From a virus: DNA of 32,143 bases. How positions within the stretch are numbered: position 1 is the first letter of the stretch; each line of letters opens with the position of its first letter. Below the pieces are notes generated by a model. That model was not told the origin of the DNA, ran no database searches, and was given only the letters and a program-made list of their open reading frames with translations. Made by a program: the position numbers and the translations under genes. Location of the stretch: the IMG/VR virus record IMGVR_UViG_3300017713_000040; one strand, 5' to 3'. Positions 7,892 to 16,084 of the stretch are shown piece after piece.

Positions 7892-9229
7892 ATGGCTATA
7901 AAAGGTCTAGTTGATTTAGAAGCCTACGCGATAGGCGGCTATGCAACTCCGGAAACATACTATCATATCAGTTCAGGCGAATATGTCGAACACGATTACT
8001 CTGTCTTAAATTACACCTTCGAGGCACAGACACTCACGAGCAGTTTCAGTGTATCTTGCGAGGGATCAACAGAAGTCAATAGTGCAATACTAACAAGTTC
8101 ATTCACGGTATCAGCGGCTGGAGTCAAGTTTGACTTTGGTTCCGCCACAATAACATCATCTAGTTCTGTGTCAGCATTTGGTGGCAGGATCAGAACAGGA
8201 CAGACCAATCCAAGTGCATCAGCCACGACCACACAGAACGCGGTGGCAACCTTCGATGGTTCATTGTCAGCGGTCAGCAGTTTCACAAACAGCACCAACG
8301 CCATATACCAAGCATTCAGTGAAAGCCTGACACTCAACGCATTCGTCACACAGATACAATTGGCGGGTAAATTGATTGAGGCAGGCACGAGTATCACACC
8401 AAGGACTTCAGAATACACTTGGGCGGACTTCAAAGAGAGCGATGTCATAGACAGGGCATGGACAGATTGGTTTGGTGATTCTTGGGGTGGGGAGAAGAGA
8501 ATAGTCCTAGTAGGTGCCGCAAGTGTGTTAAAAGCATTAGGTGGATACAGGGCATTCGCATCAGGCAATATGGCGACATCAGCGACGATGCCAGATGTCA
8601 CCATGAACAGGATAAGAAGTTATTCAGCGAGTCCAACAGCAACAACTTCATCAAGTGTCAATGGCAATGCGACATTTGGTCCAACCAAAGAAGTCACGGC
8701 ATCGGCAACACAATCAACAGATGGCAAGAGGTTTAGAGGTGTTTCATCAGGCGGCAATCCATTCCAGATGCCAATGGGCACATTCAGTTCTTCTATAAAC
8801 GGAATATATTTCAGAGCATCAGGCAGTGGCAATCCTGTGGCAGTGGCCAGTGTCAGCGGTGTAGGTAGTGTGACATTTGACCTTGCATATGGACAAGGCA
8901 TAACGGCCGCGTTCAGTCAAAGCACAGACGCAAACTTCACGGCACAACTACAACCAACTGAATTATTTGCTCTATACAGCACATTAAGTGAAGGAAGACT
9001 GATATCACCAGCAGATCCTTGGAACACAATCATCGTTCCGCAGGAACTTAGAACAATATCAGTGCCGATAGAAACGCGACAGTTCGTGGTTCCAGAAGAA
9101 ACTCGCTTAAATAAAGTTAACCAGGAGACGAGAGTGGCACAAGTGCAACAAGAAACAAGAACTAGGAAAATATTCAAACCTGTTTATACTAACAGATCAA
9201 GTATTCCAAGGGTAAGGAGTGAAACATAA
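7892..9229 (+). CDS. Repeat-containing virion/fibre protein
   Basis: 445 aa with GGGGGAG SD. It has three 20-aa repeats near the N-terminus and five 9-aa x-x-E-T-R-x-x-x-V repeats at the C-terminus. Confidence 0.7.
   Translation: MAIKGLVDLEAYAIGGYATPETYYHISSGEYVEHDYSVLNYTFEAQTLTSSFSVSCEGSTEVNSAILTSSFTVSAAGVKFDFGSATITSSSSVSAFGGRIRTGQTNPSASATTTQNAVATFDGSLSAVSSFTNSTNAIYQAFSESLTLNAFVTQIQLAGKLIEAGTSITPRTSEYTWADFKESDVIDRAWTDWFGDSWGGEKRIVLVGAASVLKALGGYRAFASGNMATSATMPDVTMNRIRSYSASPTATTSSSVNGNATFGPTKEVTASATQSTDGKRFRGVSSGGNPFQMPMGTFSSSINGIYFRASGSGNPVAVASVSGVGSVTFDLAYGQGITAAFSQSTDANFTAQLQPTELFALYSTLSEGRLISPADPWNTIIVPQELRTISVPIETRQFVVPEETRLNKVNQETRVAQVQQETRTRKIFKPVYTNRSSIPRVRSET
8024..8203 (+). repeat. 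Three tandem 60-nt (20-aa) coding repeats: A.(L/I)TSS(F/S)(S/T)VS...
   Basis: AQTLTSSFSVSCEGSTEVNS / AILTSSFTVSAAGVKFDFGS / ATITSSSSVSAFGGRIRTGQ. Confidence 0.65.
9038..9172 (+). repeat. Five tandem 27-nt (9-aa) coding repeats with an E-(T/L)-R core
   Basis: PQELRTISV / PIETRQFVV / PEETRLNKV / NQETRVAQV / QQETRTRKI. Confidence 0.8.
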
Positions 9230-9573
9230 TGGCTAACTTAACGGGATTCAAAACCGACAACAAGGGCCTATACATAGAAAAGGCCGCAGGTGCCAACATC
9301 AAGTATGGAGTTGATTTCACAGACTACCTTACGACTGGTGATGCCATATCATCGGCGTCTGTTGCCATAGAAACCATTTCAGGTGATTCATCACCATTGG
9401 CTTTACCAACAAATCCATCAACTGATGTCGTGGTAGCAAACGCACTTGTGAACATTAGACTAAACGGCGGTAGTGCCGGCAACATCTACAATGTGGATGT
9501 GACCATAGTGACATCAAATGGTGACACTGATGTAAGAAGATTTAGAATAGCAATAACGGACAAACATTTATAA
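9229..9573 (+). CDS. Small virion-associated protein (beta-sandwich-like), function unknown
   Basis: 114 aa, TAATG-coupled on both sides. Confidence 0.6.
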   Translation: MANLTGFKTDNKGLYIEKAAGANIKYGVDFTDYLTTGDAISSASVAIETISGDSSPLALPTNPSTDVVVANALVNIRLNGGSAGNIYNVDVTIVTSNGDTDVRRFRIAITDKHL

Positions 9574-9878
9574 TGGCTGACTCACCTAAACACTACAAAC
9601 TAGACAGAGACTTGATATTCAAGTTGGCTACACTTCATTGCACACTCAAAGAGATAGCGGATGTGGTAGGCACTTCTGTGACGACACTAGAGAAAAGATA
9701 TTCAGGCATCATAGACAAAGGCAGATCAGAAGGTAAGAAAAGTTTGAGAAGAGCACAGATGGAGAAAGCATTACAGGGCGATGTGAGAATGCTGATCTGG
9801 ATGGGCAAACAATACCTAGATCAAAAAGACACACCAACAGATCAAGAAAATACAGCACCACTTCCTTGGGAAGAATAA
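9573..9878 (+). CDS. terS: Terminase small subunit candidate (HTH)
   Basis: 101 aa directly upstream of terL. It has an HTH-like stretch LKEIADVVGTSVTTLEKRY. Confidence 0.55.
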   Translation: MADSPKHYKLDRDLIFKLATLHCTLKEIADVVGTSVTTLEKRYSGIIDKGRSEGKKSLRRAQMEKALQGDVRMLIWMGKQYLDQKDTPTDQENTAPLPWEE

Positions 9879-9887
9879 TTACTACAA

Positions 9888-11126
9888 ATGAAACTATCTG
9901 AACCACAACAGGTAGTGGCTAAGGATGATAAGAGATTTAGAGTATTAGTCACTGGCAGACGATTTGGCAAGACAACATTAGCAATAAGAGAACTTTGTTA
10001 TGTCGCTAGGATACCCGGACGGGTATGCTGGTATTGTGCACCATCCTATAGGCAAGCCAAACAGATCGCGTGGGTCCAATTGAAGAAGATACTACAAGAC
10101 CTAAGATGGATAAAAAGGATCAACGAAGCAGAACTCACAATATTTCTCAAGAACGGATCAAGGATATGTTTAAGAGGTGCCGACAATCCTGATTCATTGA
10201 GGGGTGTTGGTATTGACTTCTTGGTAATGGACGAATGTGCTGATATCAATGAAGAAGCATTTACTGCCAGCCTCAGACCTACACTATCAGACACAAAAGG
10301 CAAAGCATTGTTCTGTGGCACACCCAAAGGCATGAACTGGTTCCACGAATTATATCAAAGGGGACAAGACCCTACAGAAGGTGAATGGTCAAGTTATCTA
10401 TACACAACAATTCAGGGCGGCTGGGTAGATCAAGAAGAAATAGAACAAGCAAAAAAAGATCTAGATGCCAAGACATTTAGACAAGAATATGAGGCTACCT
10501 GGGAAACCTATTCGGGCATAGTGATGGCCTCTTTCAGCATGAAAGACAATGTGAAACATTTTGAAGTGCCTGAAGATGTTACAACATTATCTATTGGGAT
10601 GGACTTCAACCTTGATCCTATGAGTGCTGTGGTTTCTTATATCAAAGACAATATAGTATATGTTTTTGATGAGATACAGATATGGGGTTCGAACACACAA
10701 GAAATGGTTGATGAGATACACAACAGATACAAGAACAAAAAAATTATAGTTTATCCTGATCCAGCCTGTAGGCAGAGACGAACTTCGGCAGGTGGTAAGA
10801 CGGACTTGTCAATATTACAGAATGGAGGACTTGCCTGTCGTGTGCCAGCGAGGCATATGGCCATCAGAGACAGGATCAATTCAATGAATTCCAAACTATG
10901 TTCGTCAGCAGGCATACGGAGTGTTATCATCCACCCGCGGGCGAAGAACACAATAAATAGTTTAGCAAAACAATGTTATAAAGAGGGAACATCTCTGCCA
11001 GACAAGACACAAGGATTAGACCATATGAATGATGCTTTAGGATACTTAATTTCATTTCTATATCCTGTGACGAGAGATTTATCAACAACAACACCGGCGA
11101 GATTCACCGTTAAGACAGGAGCATAA
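9888..11126 (+). CDS. terL: Terminase large subunit
   Basis: 412 aa. Walker A is VTGRRFGKTT and Walker B is IDFLVMDECAD. A C-terminal nuclease-like half follows, and the portal gene comes next. Confidence 0.9.
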   Translation: MKLSEPQQVVAKDDKRFRVLVTGRRFGKTTLAIRELCYVARIPGRVCWYCAPSYRQAKQIAWVQLKKILQDLRWIKRINEAELTIFLKNGSRICLRGADNPDSLRGVGIDFLVMDECADINEEAFTASLRPTLSDTKGKALFCGTPKGMNWFHELYQRGQDPTEGEWSSYLYTTIQGGWVDQEEIEQAKKDLDAKTFRQEYEATWETYSGIVMASFSMKDNVKHFEVPEDVTTLSIGMDFNLDPMSAVVSYIKDNIVYVFDEIQIWGSNTQEMVDEIHNRYKNKKIIVYPDPACRQRRTSAGGKTDLSILQNGGLACRVPARHMAIRDRINSMNSKLCSSAGIRSVIIHPRAKNTINSLAKQCYKEGTSLPDKTQGLDHMNDALGYLISFLYPVTRDLSTTTPARFTVKTGA

Positions 11127-11130
11127 CACA

Positions 11131-12690
11131 ATGGCAAACCAAGATTATCTTTTAAACCAAAGTCCAGAAGATCAAAATTATCACACAGAAGGCTTGCCAG
11201 TCCACAGCGAATATTCAGCATACATTCCAAGATGGCAGTATCTCATAAGATCATACCTTGGTGGCATCCAATACAAAATGGGCAAATACCTTACTAGGTA
11301 TGTGTATGAGACCGAAGGAGAATTCACAGCAAGGTTAAGACAGACACCATTAGACAATCATGTCAAATCTATAATACACATCTACAATAGTTTCTTATAC
11401 AGGAACGAACCAAAGAGAGAACTAGGCAACCTCGAAGGATCACCTGAGGTAGAGAACTTCTTGAAAGATGCTGATATGGAAGGTAGAAGTTGGCAATCAT
11501 TTATGAGAGATGTCAACATTATGAGTTCAGTGTATGGCCATTGTTGTGTCTTAATCGATCGTCCAGAGACGACGGTTGGCACGAGAGCAGAAGAACTTGA
11601 ACAAGGGATCCGTCCCTACGCAACCCTGTATACCCCCGAGAACATCATAGATTGGCATTGGGATAGATTACCATCAGGACATTACGAATTACAATATGTA
11701 AAATTCTTAGAACAAGATATCAGAACAAACAGGAAGTCAGCGGCTTACCATGTAAGAACTTGGACAAAGGATATGATATATCTTGAATCATATGATTCAA
11801 AGAAGGAAGAACCATTAGAATTAGTTGAACAAAAAGTAAATCCATTAGGCGTTATACCTGCAGTATGGGTGTATGCCAACAGGTCACCAATCAGAGGCAT
11901 CGGAGTATCAGACATAGGCGACATAGCAGACAACCAGAACTTCTTATTTTCACTTTATTCAGAGGCAGAACAACTTATAAGATTAACAAACCATCCAACA
12001 CTTGTAAAAGACAGAGAGACAGAAGCATCGGCAGGAGCAGGCGCTATAATAACATTGAGTGACACAGTCACGGCAGAAACAAAACCTTATCTATTACAAC
12101 CAAACGGCTCAAACTTAGACGCGATACTAAAAACAATCGACGAGACAATCAAGAACATCGACAGACAGGCACACCTAGGCGCCATCAGGGCAATCGAAAC
12201 AAGACAGATGTCAGGCGTGGCAATGCAATCAGAATTCATTCTATTGGACGCGAAACTCTGTGAGAAAGCCAAGAATTTAGAATTGGGCGAAGAGCAAATT
12301 TGGAGAATGTTCAGCCTGTGGCAAGGACAACCTTGGACAGGATCAGTGAAATATCCAATGGCTTTCCATATCAGAGACAAGAACTTGGATATGGACCTAT
12401 TACAGAAGGCGGCGGCCACACAGAGAGATTCAATGAATGCCTCGCCTGATGTGAAACAAATCATAGACAACAAAACCAAAGAAATACTTGCCAAAGACGA
12501 AGACGAGTTAGCAGATATGACCAACCCACAACCATTAAACACTACAACAGACCATCCACCAATGGCCAATGTAGATGACATGGTCAAACATCTAAGAGAG
12601 ATGGTAGAACAGGGTTATACGGATGAACAGATCAAACAACTTCATCCAGAGATGGCAGGATACTTTGGTAATGAAACCCAGCAAGACTAA
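11131..12690 (+). CDS. Portal protein
   Basis: 519 aa immediately after terL with GGAG SD. The size and position are canonical for a portal. Confidence 0.8.
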   Translation: MANQDYLLNQSPEDQNYHTEGLPVHSEYSAYIPRWQYLIRSYLGGIQYKMGKYLTRYVYETEGEFTARLRQTPLDNHVKSIIHIYNSFLYRNEPKRELGNLEGSPEVENFLKDADMEGRSWQSFMRDVNIMSSVYGHCCVLIDRPETTVGTRAEELEQGIRPYATLYTPENIIDWHWDRLPSGHYELQYVKFLEQDIRTNRKSAAYHVRTWTKDMIYLESYDSKKEEPLELVEQKVNPLGVIPAVWVYANRSPIRGIGVSDIGDIADNQNFLFSLYSEAEQLIRLTNHPTLVKDRETEASAGAGAIITLSDTVTAETKPYLLQPNGSNLDAILKTIDETIKNIDRQAHLGAIRAIETRQMSGVAMQSEFILLDAKLCEKAKNLELGEEQIWRMFSLWQGQPWTGSVKYPMAFHIRDKNLDMDLLQKAAATQRDSMNASPDVKQIIDNKTKEILAKDEDELADMTNPQPLNTTTDHPPMANVDDMVKHLREMVEQGYTDEQIKQLHPEMAGYFGNETQQD

Positions 12691-12827
12691 TTCCTTAAAA
12701 ACAAGAATCTACAAGATTGAAAAACTTCTAGAGCAGTTGAGACGAAAGTCTTCTCGAAAGGTGAAATGCTTTTTTAAGGATTGGGTCGGATGGTGGGCAA
12801 ACAAATTAAACATAGGAGGACCAGCAA

Positions 12828-12935
12828 ATGGCCAAAAAAGCAAAAAGCGGAAGTAGGAGGATGAGTAGTCCCTACACTGCACCAAAAAGAATGGGCAAGA
12901 AATCTCGTGGTGGCAAGAAAAAACGAAGAGGTTAA
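12828..12935 (+). CDS. Hyper-basic 35-aa peptide (MAKKAKSGSRRMSSPYTAPKRMGKKSRGGKKKRRG)
   Basis: AGGAGG (12814-12819) lies 8 nt before the ATG. It is below the ORF-track cutoff and overlaps alternative-frame ORFs on both sides. Confidence 0.4.
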   Translation: MAKKAKSGSRRMSSPYTAPKRMGKKSRGGKKKRRG

Positions 12936-13272
12936 TTGGTTAGAATACTTTGCTTCAATCACATCCGTGTGTCCTTGGAGCAAAGCATACTGGCTCAAAC
13001 AGAAGATTGACATACGAAGGTGGCGTGGTGAACACAACATCGTGCCACTGGGCGATTATGTGGCCAGGGTATGGATACACCCCAACGCCAGTAGCAGGAC
13101 ACTCTGCAACATACATTATAGATTGAACACTTGGACCAAAAATGAGGAATGGTTGTATTCACACCCCATACACAAACGACATTCAACACCTGTGCCGGTT
13201 CTAATACAGCAGGATCAACAGACATTAAATAAAGCACGACAACGAATAGGAAATGTCTACATAGACCAATGA
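12907..13272 (+). CDS. Hypothetical Trp/His-rich protein; start uncertain (GTG, no SD)
   Basis: 121-aa ORF whose 3' end is ATGA-coupled to the next gene. There is no internal ATG, and the frame is closed upstream at 12862. Confidence 0.5.
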   Translation: MVARKNEEVNWLEYFASITSVCPWSKAYWLKQKIDIRRWRGEHNIVPLGDYVARVWIHPNASSRTLCNIHYRLNTWTKNEEWLYSHPIHKRHSTPVPVLIQQDQQTLNKARQRIGNVYIDQ

Positions 13273-13721
13273 ACCCAACACTAGATCATAAACACCTTAT
13301 AGTAAGAGCAGAAGTAAATGCTCCACCCCTGTTCAGAGACAGGCAGAAGATAGATGACGAGATGAAAAGCCTTATCAAGGCAATTGACATGAACATCCTG
13401 TCAGGACCACACACCGCTTGGTCAGACAAAGACGGCAATGAAGGGTATAGTTCGGTGGCAATCATAGACACCAGTTCAATAACCTTACATAGTTGGATAT
13501 CAGGCGTGATTCAATTGGATGTGTATTCCTGCAAACCTTTCGCGATCAAGAAAGTGTTTATGTGGTTGGCACAATTCGAGATTGAAAAACTAGATTACAA
13601 ATTCATAGACAGGAACAACGGCTTCAAGAACATAGATGACAATGAACTGAGTTGGTGGGACAGCGAATACTACAACAAGATTGAAAAACTTAAGAAAAGA
13701 GATCCTTTCATATACAAATAG
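13269..13721 (+). CDS. S-adenosylmethionine decarboxylase (SpeH/class 1b, pyruvoyl-dependent) family protein
   Basis: 150 aa. HKHLIVRAEV.. and GYSSVAIIDTSSITLHSW...QLDVYSCKP align with SpeH GRHL.aEfy.. and GvSgvvvisESHltiHTWPE...aiDlftCge. The processing Ser, the downstream His and the Cys are kept, but the preceding Glu is Thr. Confidence 0.65.
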   Translation: MNPTLDHKHLIVRAEVNAPPLFRDRQKIDDEMKSLIKAIDMNILSGPHTAWSDKDGNEGYSSVAIIDTSSITLHSWISGVIQLDVYSCKPFAIKKVFMWLAQFEIEKLDYKFIDRNNGFKNIDDNELSWWDSEYYNKIEKLKKRDPFIYK

Positions 13722-13733
13722 GAGAAGATAACA

Positions 13734-13997
13734 ATGGCAAAGTATCAAGGCAGAACAGTGACACTGAACAAACCATTCAGGACGCCAAACGCATCAAAGA
13801 AAAGTGCTGTCTATGTGAGAAACAGATCAACAGGCAAAGTGAATGTGGTAAGGTTTGGCCAGAAAGGTATGAGCATCAAGAAAAACATACCAGCAAGGAA
13901 GAAATCATTCATAGCAAGATTCACACCAATACTACGAGCGGTCAAAGGACAGAAAAGTCTTTCGCCAGCATACTGGAGTCTAAAAGCATGGAGGTAG
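13734..13997 (+). CDS. Small highly basic protein of unknown function
   Basis: 87 aa with AGGAG SD. It is K/R-rich (KPFRTPNASKKSAVYVRN..GKVNVVRFGQKG...ARKKSFIARF). Confidence 0.65.
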   Translation: MAKYQGRTVTLNKPFRTPNASKKSAVYVRNRSTGKVNVVRFGQKGMSIKKNIPARKKSFIARFTPILRAVKGQKSLSPAYWSLKAWR

Positions 13998-14003
13998 ATA
14001 GTA

Positions 14004-14084
14004 ATGGATTACAGATTCACATTGATACTCTTGACCTTGTTAGTGCTGATGGCACTCTTTCTTGATCCGTCATACAGACCTTAA
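14004..14084 (+). CDS. 26-aa single-pass membrane peptide candidate (MDYRFTLILLTLLVLMALFLDPSYRP)
   Basis: GGAGG (13990-13994) lies 9 nt before the ATG. There is a TAATG junction with the next gene and a 16-residue hydrophobic core. Confidence 0.35.
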   Translation: MDYRFTLILLTLLVLMALFLDPSYRP

Positions 14085-14383
14085 TGAAAAGAAGATTATA
14101 TAGACAACCAGTCGAGTCAGCGAGACACGAACAATTCAAAAAATTATGTTTGGAATATTTTTCCAATCAAGAGAAATTAATGAAGAACCCTTCTATGAGA
14201 TTTGCCACAAGGGCAAGGAAGGCTCTTGTTAATATCAAGTCTGTGGCACACGCCCTTGGACTTGAATTGCTGTCGCTCTATGCTCCATCACAGAACGAAG
14301 GAAAGGAACCTATCAATCCTTTTAACTACAAAGATGGTCGTATGAGCGGTAAATATAAACACAACGGGTCAGATCAGACCTAA
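14084..14383 (+). CDS. Hypothetical basic protein
   Basis: 99-aa ORF coupled to the upstream mini-ORF. Confidence 0.55.
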   Translation: MKRRLYRQPVESARHEQFKKLCLEYFSNQEKLMKNPSMRFATRARKALVNIKSVAHALGLELLSLYAPSQNEGKEPINPFNYKDGRMSGKYKHNGSDQT

Positions 14384-14404
14384 ACAAAAAAGGAGAAAGT
14401 GACG

Positions 14405-15115
14405 ATGACACAAGAAGAATCATTGACAGACACTAAAGTTGAAACCACTGCTGTTCAACCGGAAGTCATAAAAAATACTCCATCGCAGGATGAGGTATCA
14501 ACAGAACCTAAAACCTATACACAAGAACAAGTTGATGCCATTGCTTCCAAAGTTCGAAAGACTGAAGAATCAAAGGTGTTAAGAAAGTTCGACGGTGTAG
14601 ATGTTGAGAAGTATCAATCCTTAATTGCTAAAGAAGAACAGGCCACAATGGCCGAGCAAAAAAGGAAAGGTGAGTTTGAAAAGATCTTACAGCAACAGGC
14701 TGAGAAAGCCAATGCTAGGATTAATTCACTCACAGGTGAACTGACAAAGATCAAAGTTGATGGAGCGTTATTGAATAGTGCTTCAACAAAGAGAGCGATC
14801 AGTCCTGAACAAGTCGTGAGACTTGTGAGAGAACAAGTTAGAATGTCAGAAGCCGGTGATGTAGAAGTAGTCGATTCTAAGACTGGACAAACAAGATACT
14901 CTGACACAGGTGAAGCCTTGTCTGTAGATGGATTAGTAGAAGAGTTCTTAAAGAGCAATCCTCATTTCGTCCAGGCCGGACCAGCAGGTGGCGGTAGTAA
15001 ATCTAACACACAAACTGATGCTCCTCTAGATGTTGATATCGCTAAACTGGATATGACAAATCCAGAACACAGAAAACTTTACGCCGAGTATCGTAAGAAA
15101 CAAGGCATAAGGTAA
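14405..15115 (+). CDS. Scaffolding protein candidate
   Basis: The ATG at 14405 lies 9 nt after AAGGAG (14390-14395). The protein is charged, E/K/A/Q-rich and helical in composition, and sits directly upstream of the capsid gene. Confidence 0.6.
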   Translation: MTQEESLTDTKVETTAVQPEVIKNTPSQDEVSTEPKTYTQEQVDAIASKVRKTEESKVLRKFDGVDVEKYQSLIAKEEQATMAEQKRKGEFEKILQQQAEKANARINSLTGELTKIKVDGALLNSASTKRAISPEQVVRLVREQVRMSEAGDVEVVDSKTGQTRYSDTGEALSVDGLVEEFLKSNPHFVQAGPAGGGSKSNTQTDAPLDVDIAKLDMTNPEHRKLYAEYRKKQGIR

Positions 15116-15146
15116 TATTAACAACTAAAAACAAAGGAGAAGAATA

Positions 15147-16007
15147 ATGGCTGGAGAAATCAAATCATTAACTTCAACATTAGATGATCTTTTAGCACCC
15201 ATCGTCCAAGAGGCGATGTTCGTTGCATCAGAAAGATCAGTAATGAGAAACCTTGTAAAAAACTTCACTGTGCCAAGAAACGCAGGAAAAGTTTTACAGG
15301 TTCCAATCTACCCGGCGCAAACAGCGGCGGCATTAACAGAAGCAGACGACATCACACTAGGTGCAATTTCTACTTCTAAAAAAGATATCACATTAGCAGA
15401 AGCAGGTATCGGAACAAATGTTTCGGACTTGTCTCTTAACTTTTCAAGTTCAAATGTGATCGCTGATTTAGGAAAATTGTTCGGTGAGGCTGTTGCTAAG
15501 AAAATGGACCAGGACTTAACTGCTCTATTCTCAGGCTTCTCAACTTTCGCACTAGGTAACGCAACTGACACTCAATCAGAGATGACAGCGGCTCACTTAT
15601 TCGCGGCGGCGGCAAAACTTAAAAATGCAGGTGTGCCAGGACCATACTTCGGTGTGTTCAACCCGGCGTCAATCTTCAACATGAAGAAAGTAATGACATC
15701 TACATTCGTTCCACAAGGTAACACGGGCGTTGTAAACGAAGCAATGACTGAAGGTTATGTGGGAAGAATCGCAGGTATCGATATCTTTGAATCTTCAAAT
15801 GTTGTGGCTGACTCGGCTACATCATGCGTTAATGGTGTATTCGCAAGAGACGCCTTAGGTTTAGCAATCGGTAATGATATCCAAATCAGAACGCAGAGGG
15901 ACGAAAGTGCCAGAGCGACTGAGGTAATTTGCACTGCCACATACGGCGTGAGTGAATTACATGACACATACGGTATCAAAGTGCCAACGGACGCAACTAT
16001 ATCATAG
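15147..16007 (+). CDS. Major capsid protein (HK97-fold expected)
   Basis: 286 aa with AAGGAG SD. It follows the scaffold and is followed by the clearest intrinsic terminator in the genome. Confidence 0.8.
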   Translation: MAGEIKSLTSTLDDLLAPIVQEAMFVASERSVMRNLVKNFTVPRNAGKVLQVPIYPAQTAAALTEADDITLGAISTSKKDITLAEAGIGTNVSDLSLNFSSSNVIADLGKLFGEAVAKKMDQDLTALFSGFSTFALGNATDTQSEMTAAHLFAAAAKLKNAGVPGPYFGVFNPASIFNMKKVMTSTFVPQGNTGVVNEAMTEGYVGRIAGIDIFESSNVVADSATSCVNGVFARDALGLAIGNDIQIRTQRDESARATEVICTATYGVSELHDTYGIKVPTDATIS

Positions 16008-16034
16008 TAGGGAGATAATCCTCGCTCATATGTT

Positions 16035-16068
16035 AAAAGGCCCTGTAGAAATATGGGGCCTTTTTTTT
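16035..16068 (+). terminator. Rho-independent terminator after the capsid gene
   Basis: The AAAAGGCCC (16035-16043) / GGGCC (16056-16060) stem is followed by T8 (16061-16068). Confidence 0.8.
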
Positions 16069-16084
16069 ATCTTTAAATAACAGT

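Noticed and set aside
1477-9229. A diversity-generating retroelement acting on the fibre genes
   Set aside because: There is no reverse transcriptase ORF anywhere. The shared fibre modules are diverged at DNA level and are not a near-identical template/variable repeat pair with adenine-specific differences.
12623-12670. The start of the 77-aa ORF at 12623, inside the portal gene
   Set aside because: This part overlaps the portal C-terminus out of frame and has no SD. Only the internal ATG at 12671 has a marginal AGGA, and even that ORF is kept only as a low-confidence part of the tri-frame overlap finding.
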